Assembly: GCA_963775895.1 (NCBI GenBank)
Contig: CAVZKL010000016.1
Span: 9,441 to 73,440, forward strand
DNA length: 64,000 nt
Direction of reading: 5' to 3'
From: Candidatus Bathyarchaeota archaeon
Lineage (GTDB): Archaea; Thermoproteota; Bathyarchaeia; Bathyarchaeales; Bathycorpusculaceae
The notes below the pieces were generated by a model, which was not told where the DNA came from, did not search any database, and saw only the letters and a list, made by a program, of their open reading frames with translations. This document shows positions 29,952-40,894 of this stretch, piece by piece. The position numbers and the translations under genes are program-made. Each line of letters opens with the position of its first letter. Position 1 is the stretch's first letter.

Positions 29952-30881
29952 ATGGAAAGTTTTGTCGATAACTTGTTTGTTCGCTTAAGAGTGCGTGGCT
30001 TTCAGGCACGAATTGTCTCTGTCTCTCATTTGCAGGAGATGCAGAAAGAGATAGAAAGCCTTCGTAGTCACGCCTTCCTTGATGCTCAGTTCTATCAAGA
30101 CCGCCTTGCTTGGTTCAACTTCCAAATTCCTGAAGACCTGCCGAAAGCACAATCCTTGATTGTTGTAGCTGTCCCAAGACCCCAGACTCGAGCGATTTTT
30201 ATCTGGAATGGACAGCGACGTCCACTGATTCTTCCTCCTACTTACACAGCATATGATGAAATAGCAAAACAAGTTGAAAATCTTCTGACAAAAATATTCA
30301 GAGAAAAAGGTTACAAATCTGCAAGAACGGCACTACCCCTTAAACTACTGGCAGCTCGAAGTGGTCTCGTTCAATACGGCAGGAACAATATTTGCTATGT
30401 CTCTGGGCTGGGAAGTTTTCTCCAGCTCGTAGCCGTCTATTCTGATATGCCTTGTGAAGAAGACTCTTGGCAGGAAGCAACGATGATGAAGAGCTGCGAG
30501 GAATGTGAACTGTGTCGCCGAGCTTGCCCCACAGAAGCTATTCCTTCTGACCGCTTCCTTCTGCGTGCTGAACGATGCATTCCGTATCATAATGAAAAGA
30601 AAGGCGACGTTCCGTTTCCAAAGAGGATGGATGCTTCGTGGCATAACTGCGTCGTAGGATGTGTGCGCTGCCAAAGAGTCTGTCCACAGAACAAAGAAGT
30701 TATGCAATGGACAGGAGAAGAAGCGGAATTTTCCGAGGAAGAGACCGCTCTGCTCTTAGAAGGTTTACCATATGACAAACTGCCGGCCACAGCACAAAGG
30801 AAACTGGAGCGTCTGAGTCTAGTGGACTACCTCGACAGTCTTCCTCGCAACTTGGGCATTTTCTTCAAGAAACGTGAGTAG
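29952..30881 (+). CDS. Epoxyqueuosine reductase (QueG)-like 4Fe-4S protein
   Basis: LAARSGL..YGRNN, CEECELCRRACPT, GCVRCQRVCP; TTTTATAAAA at 29921-29930. Confidence 0.8.
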   Translation: MESFVDNLFVRLRVRGFQARIVSVSHLQEMQKEIESLRSHAFLDAQFYQDRLAWFNFQIPEDLPKAQSLIVVAVPRPQTRAIFIWNGQRRPLILPPTYTAYDEIAKQVENLLTKIFREKGYKSARTALPLKLLAARSGLVQYGRNNICYVSGLGSFLQLVAVYSDMPCEEDSWQEATMMKSCEECELCRRACPTEAIPSDRFLLRAERCIPYHNEKKGDVPFPKRMDASWHNCVVGCVRCQRVCPQNKEVMQWTGEEAEFSEEETALLLEGLPYDKLPATAQRKLERLSLVDYLDSLPRNLGIFFKKRE

Positions 30882-30905
30882 TCCAAATTCAAGTGAGTTC
30901 TCTGT

Positions 30906-30938
30906 GTGTTTGGGGGTAAAGTTTTATCCAAACTAAAT
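30906..30938 (-). repeat. ~37-bp palindrome family, copy 2 (inverted relative to copy 1)
   Basis: gtgtttgggggtaaagttttatccaaactaaat. Confidence 0.8.
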
Positions 30939-31067
30939 GTGGTCAAAGTCGTCGGTCAAGCTTCGACACCATTGAGCAATTTCGAGCAGATGCCAAAAGT
31001 AATCATTTGGAGTCGCATCGCAAGATATTTCAATCTGAGTTGCCCGAGACAAGGTAGAGAATGGGAA

Positions 31068-31418
31068 ATGAAAATCGGCTCGATCGTTATCGATTGCAGT
31101 GAGTTCGACAAGATGTTTGCATTCTGGCAGGAGGCGCTACATTACGTCTCCCGAGAGCCTGCGAAGGACGGTTGGGTCGTTCTTCGTGACCCTGAGGGAA
31201 GAAATCCGAACGTCTCCTTGAACCGAGTCCTTGAGAAGCGCTCAGGCAGGAATAGGTTGCACCTCGACCTCTATACTGACAACAGAGAGGATGAGGTAAA
31301 GAGATTACTCAAAATCGGAGCGACCCGCCATCCCCAGACGTATGAGCCTGATGATGATTTCGTCGTGCTGGAGGACCCTGATGGCAACCTCTTCTGCGTG
31401 GTCCAAAAACACACATAG
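31068..31418 (+). CDS. VOC/glyoxalase family protein
   Basis: IVIDC..FW..AL, NRLHLDL, VLEDPDGNLFCV. Confidence 0.92.
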   Translation: MKIGSIVIDCSEFDKMFAFWQEALHYVSREPAKDGWVVLRDPEGRNPNVSLNRVLEKRSGRNRLHLDLYTDNREDEVKRLLKIGATRHPQTYEPDDDFVVLEDPDGNLFCVVQKHT

Positions 31419-31429
31419 AAACCGGGTTC

Positions 31430-31804
31430 TCAAGGACTTGGCAAGTGAACAAGGGTTGGTTTGGGGTAAAGCTTTATCCGCATACGCGATACTGTGGTTG
31501 ATCGGTCTGAATAGGCTTCAATGAGATCTTTGACTGCTTTTGCTATTTGGGAATCTTTGACTGCTTTTGCTATTTGGGAATCTTTGAACTTGTAGTATCG
31601 AATCCTCTTTCCAAACATGACAAGGGTAACAATGTTTTCATTTTCCAGAGTTTCTAAATGAGTTCTAGCTGACACGTAATTGACAGTGGTCCTTTTCGCT
31701 AACTCGGAAACAGTGACGAGTTCTGACCGCATCAAGACTTTCAGCATCTTCAGCTTAGTCTTTGAACAAAGCACGTCTTCGATGTTATTGTGCGGAAGCG
31801 TCAT
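31430..31804 (-). CDS. ArsR-like winged-HTH protein with internal 9-aa duplication, possibly degenerate
   Basis: IEDVLCSKTKLKMLKVL..VSELAK..HLETLE; KDSQIAKAV occurs twice. Confidence 0.7.
   Translation of the reverse strand: MTLPHNNIEDVLCSKTKLKMLKVLMRSELVTVSELAKRTTVNYVSARTHLETLENENIVTLVMFGKRIRYYKFKDSQIAKAVKDSQIAKAVKDLIEAYSDRSTTVSRMRIKLYPKPTLVHLPSP
31455..31485 (-). repeat. ~37-bp palindrome family, copy 3 (degenerate)
   Basis: gttggtttggggtaaagctttatccgcatac. Confidence 0.7.
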
Positions 31805-31992
31805 CGTGGTTACCCTCACTATGTTGCCTCCGCAAAGTTCTAAGCGCATGATTTCATCGGCCCATTACAGCTCACTGAAGACCTTCAAGAGCCTCAGGGT
31901 GATGTGAATTGGAAACGCCTTAGACTAGTGTTCGAAAGTCATAAATACGAAATTGGACAAAATGAAACAAAACAAATTGAAGAGGGAGAAGA

Positions 31993-33148
31993 TTGCATAA
32001 GACTTTGGCGATTCTAATTGTATTCTTGCTTCTCGCAAACATTGGGGCTATTAGCATGGTTCACGCGCAAACACCACATCAGATTGCCATGGACGCGGCC
32101 ATAACTAAAGGCATCGATTATCTTAACATGCTTCAAGCTCCTGACGGACATATCGGCGAAAGCTGGTACGTGGGCGAGACTGGCCTCTACATTCTTGCGT
32201 TGCTCGATCACAACATTTCAAAGAATGATCCTCACGTGCTAAACGCCACGAATTACATTCTGTCGCGAGTACAAATCGATGGATCCATCTACCAGTCTGA
32301 ACCAAACTATGAGACGGCTGGCGCAATTATGGCTCTGGAAGCGCTTCAGAATTCTACATTGCTGCCAACGATAAGTAATGCGGCAAGCTATGTCTTGTCG
32401 TCGCAGGCACCGGACGGGTCTTTCGGTTACAGCGCAGGAGCTGGAAGTGGAGATCTCTCTAACTCGCAATACTCAATTCTGGGTCTGAAATCTGCAGAGC
32501 TTGCAGGGTGGGTTCCACCATCTTCGACTCCGTACACTAAACTCGCAAACTGGGTGAAAACTCAACAGAACGTTGATGGCGGCTACTGCACTTATGGTTA
32601 TACAACTTCTAGCGGGGCAGGGACAAGTGCAGCACTCATATGCTTATCCCTTGCTGGCGTCCCCTTAGGTGATTCATCGATTCAGGGCGGCATCACTTGG
32701 CTCAAAAACAACTTCAGCTACACAACTAACCCTGGGTACGACTGGTTAGGAGCGTATTACTACTATCTCTATGGTGCAATGAAAGCACTCACTTTCTGCG
32801 GCATCACGAATCAAGTCGGCGGAGTGATGGACCCCACAACGGCGGCCAACCCTGGTGTCGCAGGAGACAGAGGATGGCACTTCGACTTCTCGGAACACTT
32901 GATAGTGACGCAATATGGGAGCGGCGACTGGCACTGCATTCCCAGGCGTATATTACTATCACACAGTTGAAGACATAATGGCGGTTCTCGTTCTTGAGAG
33001 ATCCACCGTGGTAGCACCCCCAACCACAGTTGGCGGCGAAATCATATCCGTCAACGTGTTGCAACTACTGGCTCCGTATCTGCTGATTGCTTTATTCGCG
33101 GCAACCGCATCTGGATTGCTTCTGCGATATAGAAGAAGAATAACCTAA
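31993..33148 (+). CDS. Secreted, C-terminally anchored prenyltransferase/squalene-cyclase-repeat protein; frameshift near 32935
   Basis: Signal peptide; QW-like repeats QAPDGH, QIDGS, QAPDGSF, QNVDGG, QYGSGDW; TM helix + basic tail in the second frame. Confidence 0.75.
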
Positions 33149-33327
33149 ACTCCCATTTTTTTGTGTCAGGCTCGGCGGCGCGCGCGAGGTACAGGCCATT
33201 AAGTTTTCTTTTTTTTAGAAAATAGCGCACGAACATTGTGTGGGCACATACTGAATTGGCTTTGGCAATCTTAATAAGTGTTGATTAATTGGTCTTGGAC
33301 TGTATTGGAACTAAGGAAAGGTTTGAG

Positions 33328-34098
33328 ATGCGAATGGAAGGAATAATGCTCGAATCTGTTAAGAAATCTTTTGGTGACAAGGTTGCAGTGAGAGACCTGA
33401 CATTCTCCGTCGAACCAGGGGAAATACATGGTCTTCTAGGTCCAAACGGATCAGGGAAAAGTACAACCATGAAGATGATTATGGGCATAGTCAAGCCCGA
33501 CCACGGAAAGATAAACCTCTGCGGCATAGACGTGCTGCGGCAACCCGTTGAGGCCAAGAAGCTCGTTGGTTATGTTCCAGAATTTCCCTATCTCTACGAA
33601 TACCTGACGGCTTCGGAATACCTTGACTTCGTGGGCACGGCATATCACATCGACCTGAAGAGCAGGCGGGAGAGGGTTGATGAGCTTCTTCAGGCTTTGC
33701 AGATGAATGAACAAATCAATGAAGTCATGGCCGGTTTCTCTCAAGGCATGCGGCAGAAGATAGCGTTCACAGCGGCTCTGCTTCATCGACCTAAAGCCTT
33801 GATCTTGGACGAACCATTGAACGGTCTGGACCCTCGATCGGCTAGGATCGTTAAGGATATCCTTCAGCGCCTTGCCGGGGAAGGCGTCACAATCATCTTT
33901 AGCACTCATGTCTTGGAAATCGCTGAGGCTGTGTGCGGCAAGATTACGATATTGAATGAAGGGAGCATCATAGCTGAGGGAACTGTGCAAGAACTGAGGG
34001 CAAAAGCTGGCATGCCTGGTTCGACGTTGGAGGATATATTCCTGAAACTTACCGGTAGCGAAGATGCTGAAAAGATTGTTGAGGCTTTACGGCTATGA
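33328..34098 (+). CDS. ABC transporter ATP-binding protein
   Basis: GPNGSGKS, FSQGMRQK, ILDEP. Confidence 0.96.
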   Translation: MRMEGIMLESVKKSFGDKVAVRDLTFSVEPGEIHGLLGPNGSGKSTTMKMIMGIVKPDHGKINLCGIDVLRQPVEAKKLVGYVPEFPYLYEYLTASEYLDFVGTAYHIDLKSRRERVDELLQALQMNEQINEVMAGFSQGMRQKIAFTAALLHRPKALILDEPLNGLDPRSARIVKDILQRLAGEGVTIIFSTHVLEIAEAVCGKITILNEGSIIAEGTVQELRAKAGMPGSTLEDIFLKLTGSEDAEKIVEALRL

Positions 34099-35735
34099 AT
34101 CGGTCAACGATCGTTAGCCTTGCAAGTGTTCTCTACAAATCGTATTTCAGAGCTAGTAGCCGTGGGCGCAGGAGCTTCCTATCTAGACCTATCGCGCTGG
34201 TCATTTTGGATGCAATCGTTTTCTTGGCTCCATTAGGGCTGTTTTCTTATGTGCTCCCTTTGATTCCGAGTGAATATGCAAGCACGGTTCGAATGGTTGC
34301 AATGCAGGCGCTTATTGTTTTGCCTGTTATCCTTACTTCGGCTGTACTTTTGGCTGGTATACTCTTTGAGCTTGGGCAGACCACAAGCCTGTCTACAAGC
34401 GAAGCGGTGAACTGGCTTCCAGTGTCTCCGAATGAATACATTGTGGCCTCCAGCTTTTCATTGGAGTTCGCTTACTCGCCAGTTCTGTGTTTTAGTCTTG
34501 GGGTCGCTATACCTCTCGCCTTGAGCCTTGGCATGCTGTGGGTTGTTCCTTTTTTCGTCGCGATAACGCTCCTTGCCTTCATCTGGGGAGCTGTGCTCGT
34601 TGAGGCTTTGAGGGCGGTGATGAACCGCATATCCTCTGGTCTTTACAAGAAGAGCGGAAGATTCGGTGTCATCCTTCGCATTGTCCTCGTTGTCGTGCTA
34701 CTCGTTGCGGTGCAGATAGCCTTTAACCCTTACATTCTTTACACCGCACTCTCAAGCATTGTCAACGGCGTCAACGTGGCTTGGTTTGTGCCGGTGATTT
34801 GGCCTTCAGTTGCCGTTGCTTCTTCGCTTGTTCCCGACGCGGTGAGGGCGACCGCGTTTACGTTGCTTTCTCTCTTGTTCACTTTGCTGATTTTTGAGGG
34901 TGCAGCCAGGCTCAGAGCCAGGTATTGGTCGCCTGTGCCCGTCACAATTATGGTGTCCACTTCAACCGTTTACGTCCCCAAGGGGGAGTCTTTTTGGTGG
35001 TTGGATCCAACAGCGTTTGCATTGGCTTTGAAGGAGTTGAGGTCTCTTGCGAGACGGAGGGATATGGCGAGGTTTCTCGCTATTCCAGTGTTGCTCGTGG
35101 TAGCTTCTTTTCTCCCCGCGGTGACGAGTGGAGAGAGTGCAAGTAAGGCATTGTCGGGTGTTGGTTTGGTTCTTATGGCTGAAGCATCTTTTATCATGCC
35201 GATGATGCTCTCTTCCATTTCCATAGGGCAAGAGGGAAGTTCGATTGCTAACATCTACATGCTTCCTATATCAGTCGATGAGTTTGTGAAGGGGAAGCTC
35301 TTTCTTTCATGGGTCGTTTCAGGCGTAGGAGTCTTGGTGATTGCTTTGCTGCTGCAGTTTCTGGCTCCTCTTTCGGCGTTGCTGTTCTTGGCTACCTTGA
35401 TTGCGGTGATCTTCAATGTATTCGTACAAGGATATGTGGGTCTTGGGGCAGGTTCGCGTTACCCCAATTTCACCGTCGGGCCTAGAGCGAGATACCTCAC
35501 ATTTACAGGATTCATTGTCGCCTTCACTATAGGAGGACTGGCGACTTTGGCGATTATTGCCCCATTGACAGTGTACCTAGTGACTGGATTCTCCTCGCCA
35601 TTGGGCGGAGGCTCTATGGGATCAATCTTGTTGGCCATCATTTTGACAGTGGCCATTGGCGTAGTCATTCTCCCACTCACGCGCTCCTACTGCATGCGAG
35701 GCGTAAGGAAGCTCCTTTCAAACATGGAAACTTGA
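34095..35735 (+). CDS. ABC-2 type exporter permease
   Basis: Multi-TM protein overlapping the ATPase stop (ATGA). Confidence 0.85.
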   Translation: MNRSTIVSLASVLYKSYFRASSRGRRSFLSRPIALVILDAIVFLAPLGLFSYVLPLIPSEYASTVRMVAMQALIVLPVILTSAVLLAGILFELGQTTSLSTSEAVNWLPVSPNEYIVASSFSLEFAYSPVLCFSLGVAIPLALSLGMLWVVPFFVAITLLAFIWGAVLVEALRAVMNRISSGLYKKSGRFGVILRIVLVVVLLVAVQIAFNPYILYTALSSIVNGVNVAWFVPVIWPSVAVASSLVPDAVRATAFTLLSLLFTLLIFEGAARLRARYWSPVPVTIMVSTSTVYVPKGESFWWLDPTAFALALKELRSLARRRDMARFLAIPVLLVVASFLPAVTSGESASKALSGVGLVLMAEASFIMPMMLSSISIGQEGSSIANIYMLPISVDEFVKGKLFLSWVVSGVGVLVIALLLQFLAPLSALLFLATLIAVIFNVFVQGYVGLGAGSRYPNFTVGPRARYLTFTGFIVAFTIGGLATLAIIAPLTVYLVTGFSSPLGGGSMGSILLAIILTVAIGVVILPLTRSYCMRGVRKLLSNMET

Positions 35736-35968
35736 GTTTAATTCGCTTAGCGCGCGCGAGCGCTCGTTTGGAACTACACGAGAGGTAACTATGTGGATTC
35801 TTCTCCTGCTGTTGTTGGTGGTTTTTTCTATGTGGGATAATGGGGATTGGAAGGTTTACTGTTTGAACGCTACTACGCCCGGGTGCAGGTGAAAAGGCTT
35901 AGGTAGGGGTTCCAACTATCATTGTTTTTTGAAATTGCCTTGTAACTGAAGCGGATGAGGTAAGTCCT

Positions 35969-37258
35969 ATGGCAAATTGCAGACTGGAAAAAAGTGAGGA
36001 TTTCGCGGTTAAGCTCGATTCTGAAGACCCTCTGAAAGATTATCGCAACAGGTTCTACGTTCAACCAAACACGATATATTTGGATGGCAATTCCTTAGGG
36101 CTTCTGTCGAGAGACTCGGAGGCCTCAGTTTTGCGTGTTATCGACGAGTGGAAGAGGCTTGCCATCGGAGGATGGCTTGACGCGAAACAACCGTGGTTCT
36201 ACTTTGCTGAAACTCTTGGAGCCATGTGTGCCAAGCTTGTCGGTGCCGAACCTGAGGAAGTTGTTGCCACGGGAGCAACCACCGTCAACATTCACTCGCT
36301 TGTTAACACTTTTTATCAGCCCGGTCGGAAAAAGAAGATACTTGCAGATGAACTCACTTTTCCCACCGATATCTATGCTCTCAGAAGTCTAGTTCGACTG
36401 AGAGGTTTCGATCCAAGTCGAGACTTAATTCTTGCCCCAAGCGAGAACCGTCGGTTCTTGAGCGAGGATAATATCATTGAGTTGATGGACGAAGGTGTTG
36501 CACTTGTTTTTCTGCCCTCAGTATTGTATAGAAGTGGACAGCTTCTTGACATGAAGAAACTCACGGAAGAAGCACATGATAGAGGAATACCCATAGGTTT
36601 TGACTGCTCCCATTCAGTAGGCGTTTTACCCCATTACCTTGACAAATGGAAGGTAGATTTCGCCGTATGGTGCAGCTACAAGCACCTGAACGGTGGACCG
36701 GGCGGAACAGCCTTTCTATACGTGAACAAAAAACACTTCTGCCGAGAGCCATCCCTGGCAGGTTGGTTTGGATATGTCAAGGAGAAACAGTTTGACCTAT
36801 CCATCAATTTTGAGCATTCACAGAGCGCAGGGGGATGGCAAATATCATCTCCACCGATTTTGAGTGCAGCTGCCGTGGAAGGTTCGCTCAAAATTATACT
36901 TGAGGCCGGAATAGATGCCATAAGAGAAAAATCGTTGAAGCTAACCTCCTATCTTATTCATCTAGTCGATGTGACCCTGTCTAAACCTCCATACGACTTT
37001 TCCATAGGAACTCCAAGAGAAGCCGAACGCCGAGGTGGACACGTGGCAGTTGAGCATGCCGAAGCCATGAGGATAAGCCAAGCGCTAAGAGCAAGACACG
37101 TGGTTTCTGATTTCAGACCCCCAAACGTGGTTCGGGTTGCCCCCACGCCGCTCTACAACACCTACCACGAAGTCTGGAAGATAGTTCAACACCTAAAGGC
37201 AATAATCGAGAAAAAGGAGTACGAGAGATTTTCTAAGGAGAGAAAAGACATATCATAG
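35969..37258 (+). CDS. kynU: Kynureninase
   Basis: IYLDGNSLG, FPTDIY, WCSYKHLNGGPG, LAGWFG, DFRPP. Confidence 0.95.
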   Translation: MANCRLEKSEDFAVKLDSEDPLKDYRNRFYVQPNTIYLDGNSLGLLSRDSEASVLRVIDEWKRLAIGGWLDAKQPWFYFAETLGAMCAKLVGAEPEEVVATGATTVNIHSLVNTFYQPGRKKKILADELTFPTDIYALRSLVRLRGFDPSRDLILAPSENRRFLSEDNIIELMDEGVALVFLPSVLYRSGQLLDMKKLTEEAHDRGIPIGFDCSHSVGVLPHYLDKWKVDFAVWCSYKHLNGGPGGTAFLYVNKKHFCREPSLAGWFGYVKEKQFDLSINFEHSQSAGGWQISSPPILSAAAVEGSLKIILEAGIDAIREKSLKLTSYLIHLVDVTLSKPPYDFSIGTPREAERRGGHVAVEHAEAMRISQALRARHVVSDFRPPNVVRVAPTPLYNTYHEVWKIVQHLKAIIEKKEYERFSKERKDIS

Positions 37259-37294
37259 CCAACTTTGCCGGGTAGCGCGCGCTCTACGATGCGT

Positions 37295-37720
37295 CTACGG
37301 GCAGAACGAGTATTTCCCGTTTTTTTCTCGCTCGGCAATCCATGCCTTTACTCCGATTTGCTTCATCCTATGAAGGTTCTCAACTGTCTTCTTGTGGTGG
37401 GCAGCCCCATCTGAAGCAAACGCTTTCAGAATACTGCATGGAAACTCGCCGCATTGAAAGCAGTATTGAACCTTCTTGTTCTTTGCACAAAACATGATTT
37501 TGCAGTCGGAACTCCAATGAACATCAAGCGGTCCTCTGCATCTTTCGCATTTTATCTGTTCTGGCTTGATTATTTCCTTACGTTCTTCTTTGAACCAGGT
37601 CACTATCTCTTCCATCAATTTTGCGTTTCCATGAGCCGCTTCGTACATGTCACATTTCGCACAGTTCAGACCGCAAAACGCTATTGCCCACTTCTCTGAT
37701 TCTTTGCTCGTGCTTCTCAC
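37295..37720 (-). CDS. DUF3795 Cys-rich protein
   Basis: CGLNCAKC, CERC, YCFQCGEFPC. Confidence 0.88.
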   Translation of the reverse strand: MRSTSKESEKWAIAFCGLNCAKCDMYEAAHGNAKLMEEIVTWFKEERKEIIKPEQIKCERCRGPLDVHWSSDCKIMFCAKNKKVQYCFQCGEFPCSILKAFASDGAAHHKKTVENLHRMKQIGVKAWIAEREKNGKYSFCP

Positions 37721-37833
37721 CTTTCAAGGATAACCAAAGCTGGTTCAGGTATAACTTTTCCGGATCGCCAAAAGTTGTTGTTGGAGTAGAGTTTTATCAC
37801 ACACACTTAAGAATTGGGGAAGGTATTATTTGA

Positions 37834-38298
37834 ATGGAGGTAACACACGCGATGGATTTTGACCAATTTGTGGAACAATATCATCTGACGGTTGCTGAAT
37901 TTGCCAAAGGGAATCCTAAGCCCGTTATTGCACTCCTTTCTCACAGAAACGATGCATCCCTTGCGGGTGGCTTTGGCGGTTTCACACACGGCTACGATCA
38001 GGTTGCAAAGGCTATCGAGTTTGCAGCAACACAGTTCAAGGAAGGGAAGATTAGTTTCGAGAACTTGGCGAAAGTTGCGACCCAAGACATGGGATACATC
38101 GTGGAGATAGAGCGTTACAAATCCAAACTTGGTGGAAGTGAAGACGTTACCCTCGATGTTCTGCGGGTTACAAGCATCTTTCGGCTCGAAAAGGGGGTCT
38201 GGAGGCTCGTTCATCGCCATGGTGACCCAACGACAGCTATGAATGTATTAGTTCAATTACTTCCCAAAGCAGTTGTTTCTATCCAAAAAGCTGTCTGA
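37834..38298 (+). CDS. NTF2/SnoaL-like protein
   Basis: LRVTSIFRLEKGVWRLVHRHGDP. Confidence 0.85.
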   Translation: MEVTHAMDFDQFVEQYHLTVAEFAKGNPKPVIALLSHRNDASLAGGFGGFTHGYDQVAKAIEFAATQFKEGKISFENLAKVATQDMGYIVEIERYKSKLGGSEDVTLDVLRVTSIFRLEKGVWRLVHRHGDPTTAMNVLVQLLPKAVVSIQKAV

Positions 38299-38432
38299 GT
38301 GTGGAAGCATCTCCCGCCACTACATCCTTTTTTTCTTTTTCCCGCAAAACCAAAGATTGACTTTCTTCCCGAATTCGCGCGCGAACAGAAAACTATTTTA
38401 GCCCTGGTTTTTTTTGAAGCAACCAAGAGGAG

Positions 38433-39197
38433 TTGTTATTGAACATCAAATTCAAAGAGGATTTTATTGTTCTCTGGAAAAAATTCTTTGGTGAAGCGGA
38501 ACTTCCTATCGCCTTCTACTACACGAATGAAGAAGGGCATGCGGAACTCGTGAAGCCCGATACAATAGCGCGCAGATGCGTCATAGCAGCGCTGTCACTT
38601 GTAAGGAAGGGGAGAGCTTTGTGTTTTGATGCAGAGTCAATCGGCTGTTCTGGCGGGCAACTGTGTCTGGGCTTTCGTGAAACGCTAGAACCTGACGATG
38701 AATACTTCCTCTCCTGTGGAATTCCTGGAAAAATTGAAGGTGAGCGTTACAAGAAGACGCCTGAGATTGCTGCCGAGTGGCTTAAGCTTATGCCGTCGTT
38801 CAAGGCTCCAGCAAAGTTCATAGTGTTCAAGAAGTGGGACTCATTGAATGAGTCGGATGAACCTGACGTCGTAATCTTTTTCGCGTGCCCCGATGTCCTT
38901 TCAGGCCTCTTCACATTGGCAAATTTTGAAGAGACGGAACCCAGCGATGTTTTCACTCCGTGGACTTCAGGGTGTGGCTCAATCGTTCAGTATCCCTTTC
39001 TTGAGAAAGATTCTGTCCGCCCAAGAGCTGTCATAGGATTGTTTGATGTTTCAGCGCGCCCCTTTATTCCAGAGAACACGCTTTCCTTTTCTGTATCCAT
39101 GCGCAAGTTCGAGCGTATGGTTCGCAACATGGAAGAAAGTTTCCTGACCACAAATTCCTGGAAGGCAATACAGAAAAGAATTCAAGGGACACCATAA
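38433..39197 (+). CDS. DUF169 family protein
   Basis: IGCSGG, EGERYKKTPE, EPDVVIFFA, GLFDVSARP. Confidence 0.85.
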   Translation: MLLNIKFKEDFIVLWKKFFGEAELPIAFYYTNEEGHAELVKPDTIARRCVIAALSLVRKGRALCFDAESIGCSGGQLCLGFRETLEPDDEYFLSCGIPGKIEGERYKKTPEIAAEWLKLMPSFKAPAKFIVFKKWDSLNESDEPDVVIFFACPDVLSGLFTLANFEETEPSDVFTPWTSGCGSIVQYPFLEKDSVRPRAVIGLFDVSARPFIPENTLSFSVSMRKFERMVRNMEESFLTTNSWKAIQKRIQGTP

Positions 39198-39206
39198 TAG
39201 CGTGCG

Positions 39207-39548
39207 CTAGACCTTGACGACCAGTGCAAGTGCAGCGCCGACGATGCCGAGTATCGCGCCAATGAATCCGCCTACAGTTCCTCCGAAGAGGCTAACGATG
39301 GAGAAGACCAGTATCAGACTTCCCCACCATCTGCAACACGCACGTAAGCCGCGCTCACCTTCTCCAGGACGAATCTTGAGCATGATGGCAGAAATCAATA
39401 CGAGTATCCCTGACACTACTCCGATAATCATCCCGATCTCCTAAATCGTTGCATAGAGGCTGCCTGTATAGATGTTGCCCAGAATAATCAAGATACCAGC
39501 CACCAGTGAGATGATGACTGCTGTCGTGACCATCTTAGGTTCTGACAT
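39207..39548 (-). pseudogene. Small multi-TM membrane protein interrupted by in-frame TAG at 39441-39443
   Basis: MSEPKMVTTAVIISLVAGILIILG...ATI*EIGMIIGVVSG...GAILGIVGAALA in one frame. Confidence 0.6.
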
Positions 39549-39755
39549 CTTTTCAACTCTGTCAAGACTTCGACGTCAAGCATATTTAAGCGCTATGGCG
39601 AGAAGCGCGACGCTAATTGATGATTTTTCGAAAGAGGAAGTAAGCATGGAAAAAAGTAGTACAATATATGCCGAAAATCTTTCAAAAAGGTTATATCAAG
39701 ACCATTGGCGAAGTCTCCAGCGCAATTCCTTTTTTTGGTGTGTTTGATACTGCTT

Positions 39756-39974
39756 CTAAGTCATTTGCCCGAAGAGCCCGACTACCAAAGCTATCACACC
39801 GATAATCAGAACCATGATTGCTCTCCAGCAGATACCCGTGCGGTCGTAATACGTTCCGAATCCCATATTCACCTTTTTGTCTTCCGGAGTTTTCATTCCG
39901 AGATAGAGAAATGCAGCACCAAGGATGGTGATGAAACCGCCAACAGCGAGTACCAATGGAATCAAAGAACCCAC
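39756..39974 (-). CDS. Small two-TM membrane protein
   Basis: Two hydrophobic segments. Confidence 0.5.
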   Translation of the reverse strand: MGSLIPLVLAVGGFITILGAAFLYLGMKTPEDKKVNMGFGTYYDRTGICWRAIMVLIIGVIALVVGLFGQMT

Positions 39975-40231
39975 CAGTTAAGCTATTGCTCAACAAACGA
40001 GATAAACTTTGAGAATAAAACGCCAGTTCATAGGCCTTAAGTGTTAGTTATCCAAAACCAAGACGGACAATAATGTTCTGCGTTACTGGGAAGCAATCAG
40101 GATGAAATAGCATGTTAGAAGCCCCACGCGAAAACTAGTAAGATTGTGGTTTTGGTGCTAGTTTTCGGTGAATATAGAGAAAAAGGGATAAATGGAAGAA
40201 AACACCAATTTTTTAAGCGGAGGATTTGAGA

Positions 40232-40724
40232 ATGAAGGGCATAGTTGTTTATGACACCTCCTACGGAAACACCAAGAAAATCGCAGAAACCATTGCAGAG
40301 ACACTGAAAGAGTCTGGAATAGAAGTTGACCTCTTCGACGTAAAAGATGTAAAAGCTGAGCGCAAAGGACTACGATTTCTTGGTTCTCGGTTCTCCAACC
40401 AAATTTGGCACAATGAGCTTTGCAGTCAGATCTTTTTTGGGCAAGGTAAAGAGTGAGGAATGGATTAACAAACCTTTCATAGCCTTTGATACCGAAAATC
40501 CTGAAAACATTGAGCGGTCACGCCTTGAGAACAAAGAATGGAGCGCAGCCGAAAAGATTGCTGAAAGGCTTAAAGAGAAGAAGATGAACCAACTGTCGCC
40601 CGTTTTGAAAGCCCTCGTGTTGGATTGGAAGGGACCGCTTGTGGAAGGCGAAATAGAACGAACAAGAGACTTCGCAAGGGAACTCGCCATCAAATTGAAG
40701 GAAGCGGCGCTGCAACAAAAGTGA
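40232..40724 (+). CDS. Flavodoxin-domain protein; frameshift near 40352
   Basis: VYDTSYGNTKKIAE, then VLGSPT...AFDT in the next frame; break lies in an A run. Confidence 0.85.
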
Positions 40725-40894
40725 TAATTAAAGCGCGCGCGGTTGAGGCGTCATCGCAGTCACCTTTGCTATGCTTGTACGAAACAGTAGAAAGCGGTTC
40801 GCTCGAAACAACATTTCCTCAAAGCAGAGAGACAAGTCAAAGTAAAAAAGACTTATAGTCAATGCTGAATGATAAGAATCATGAGGAAAAAAAT

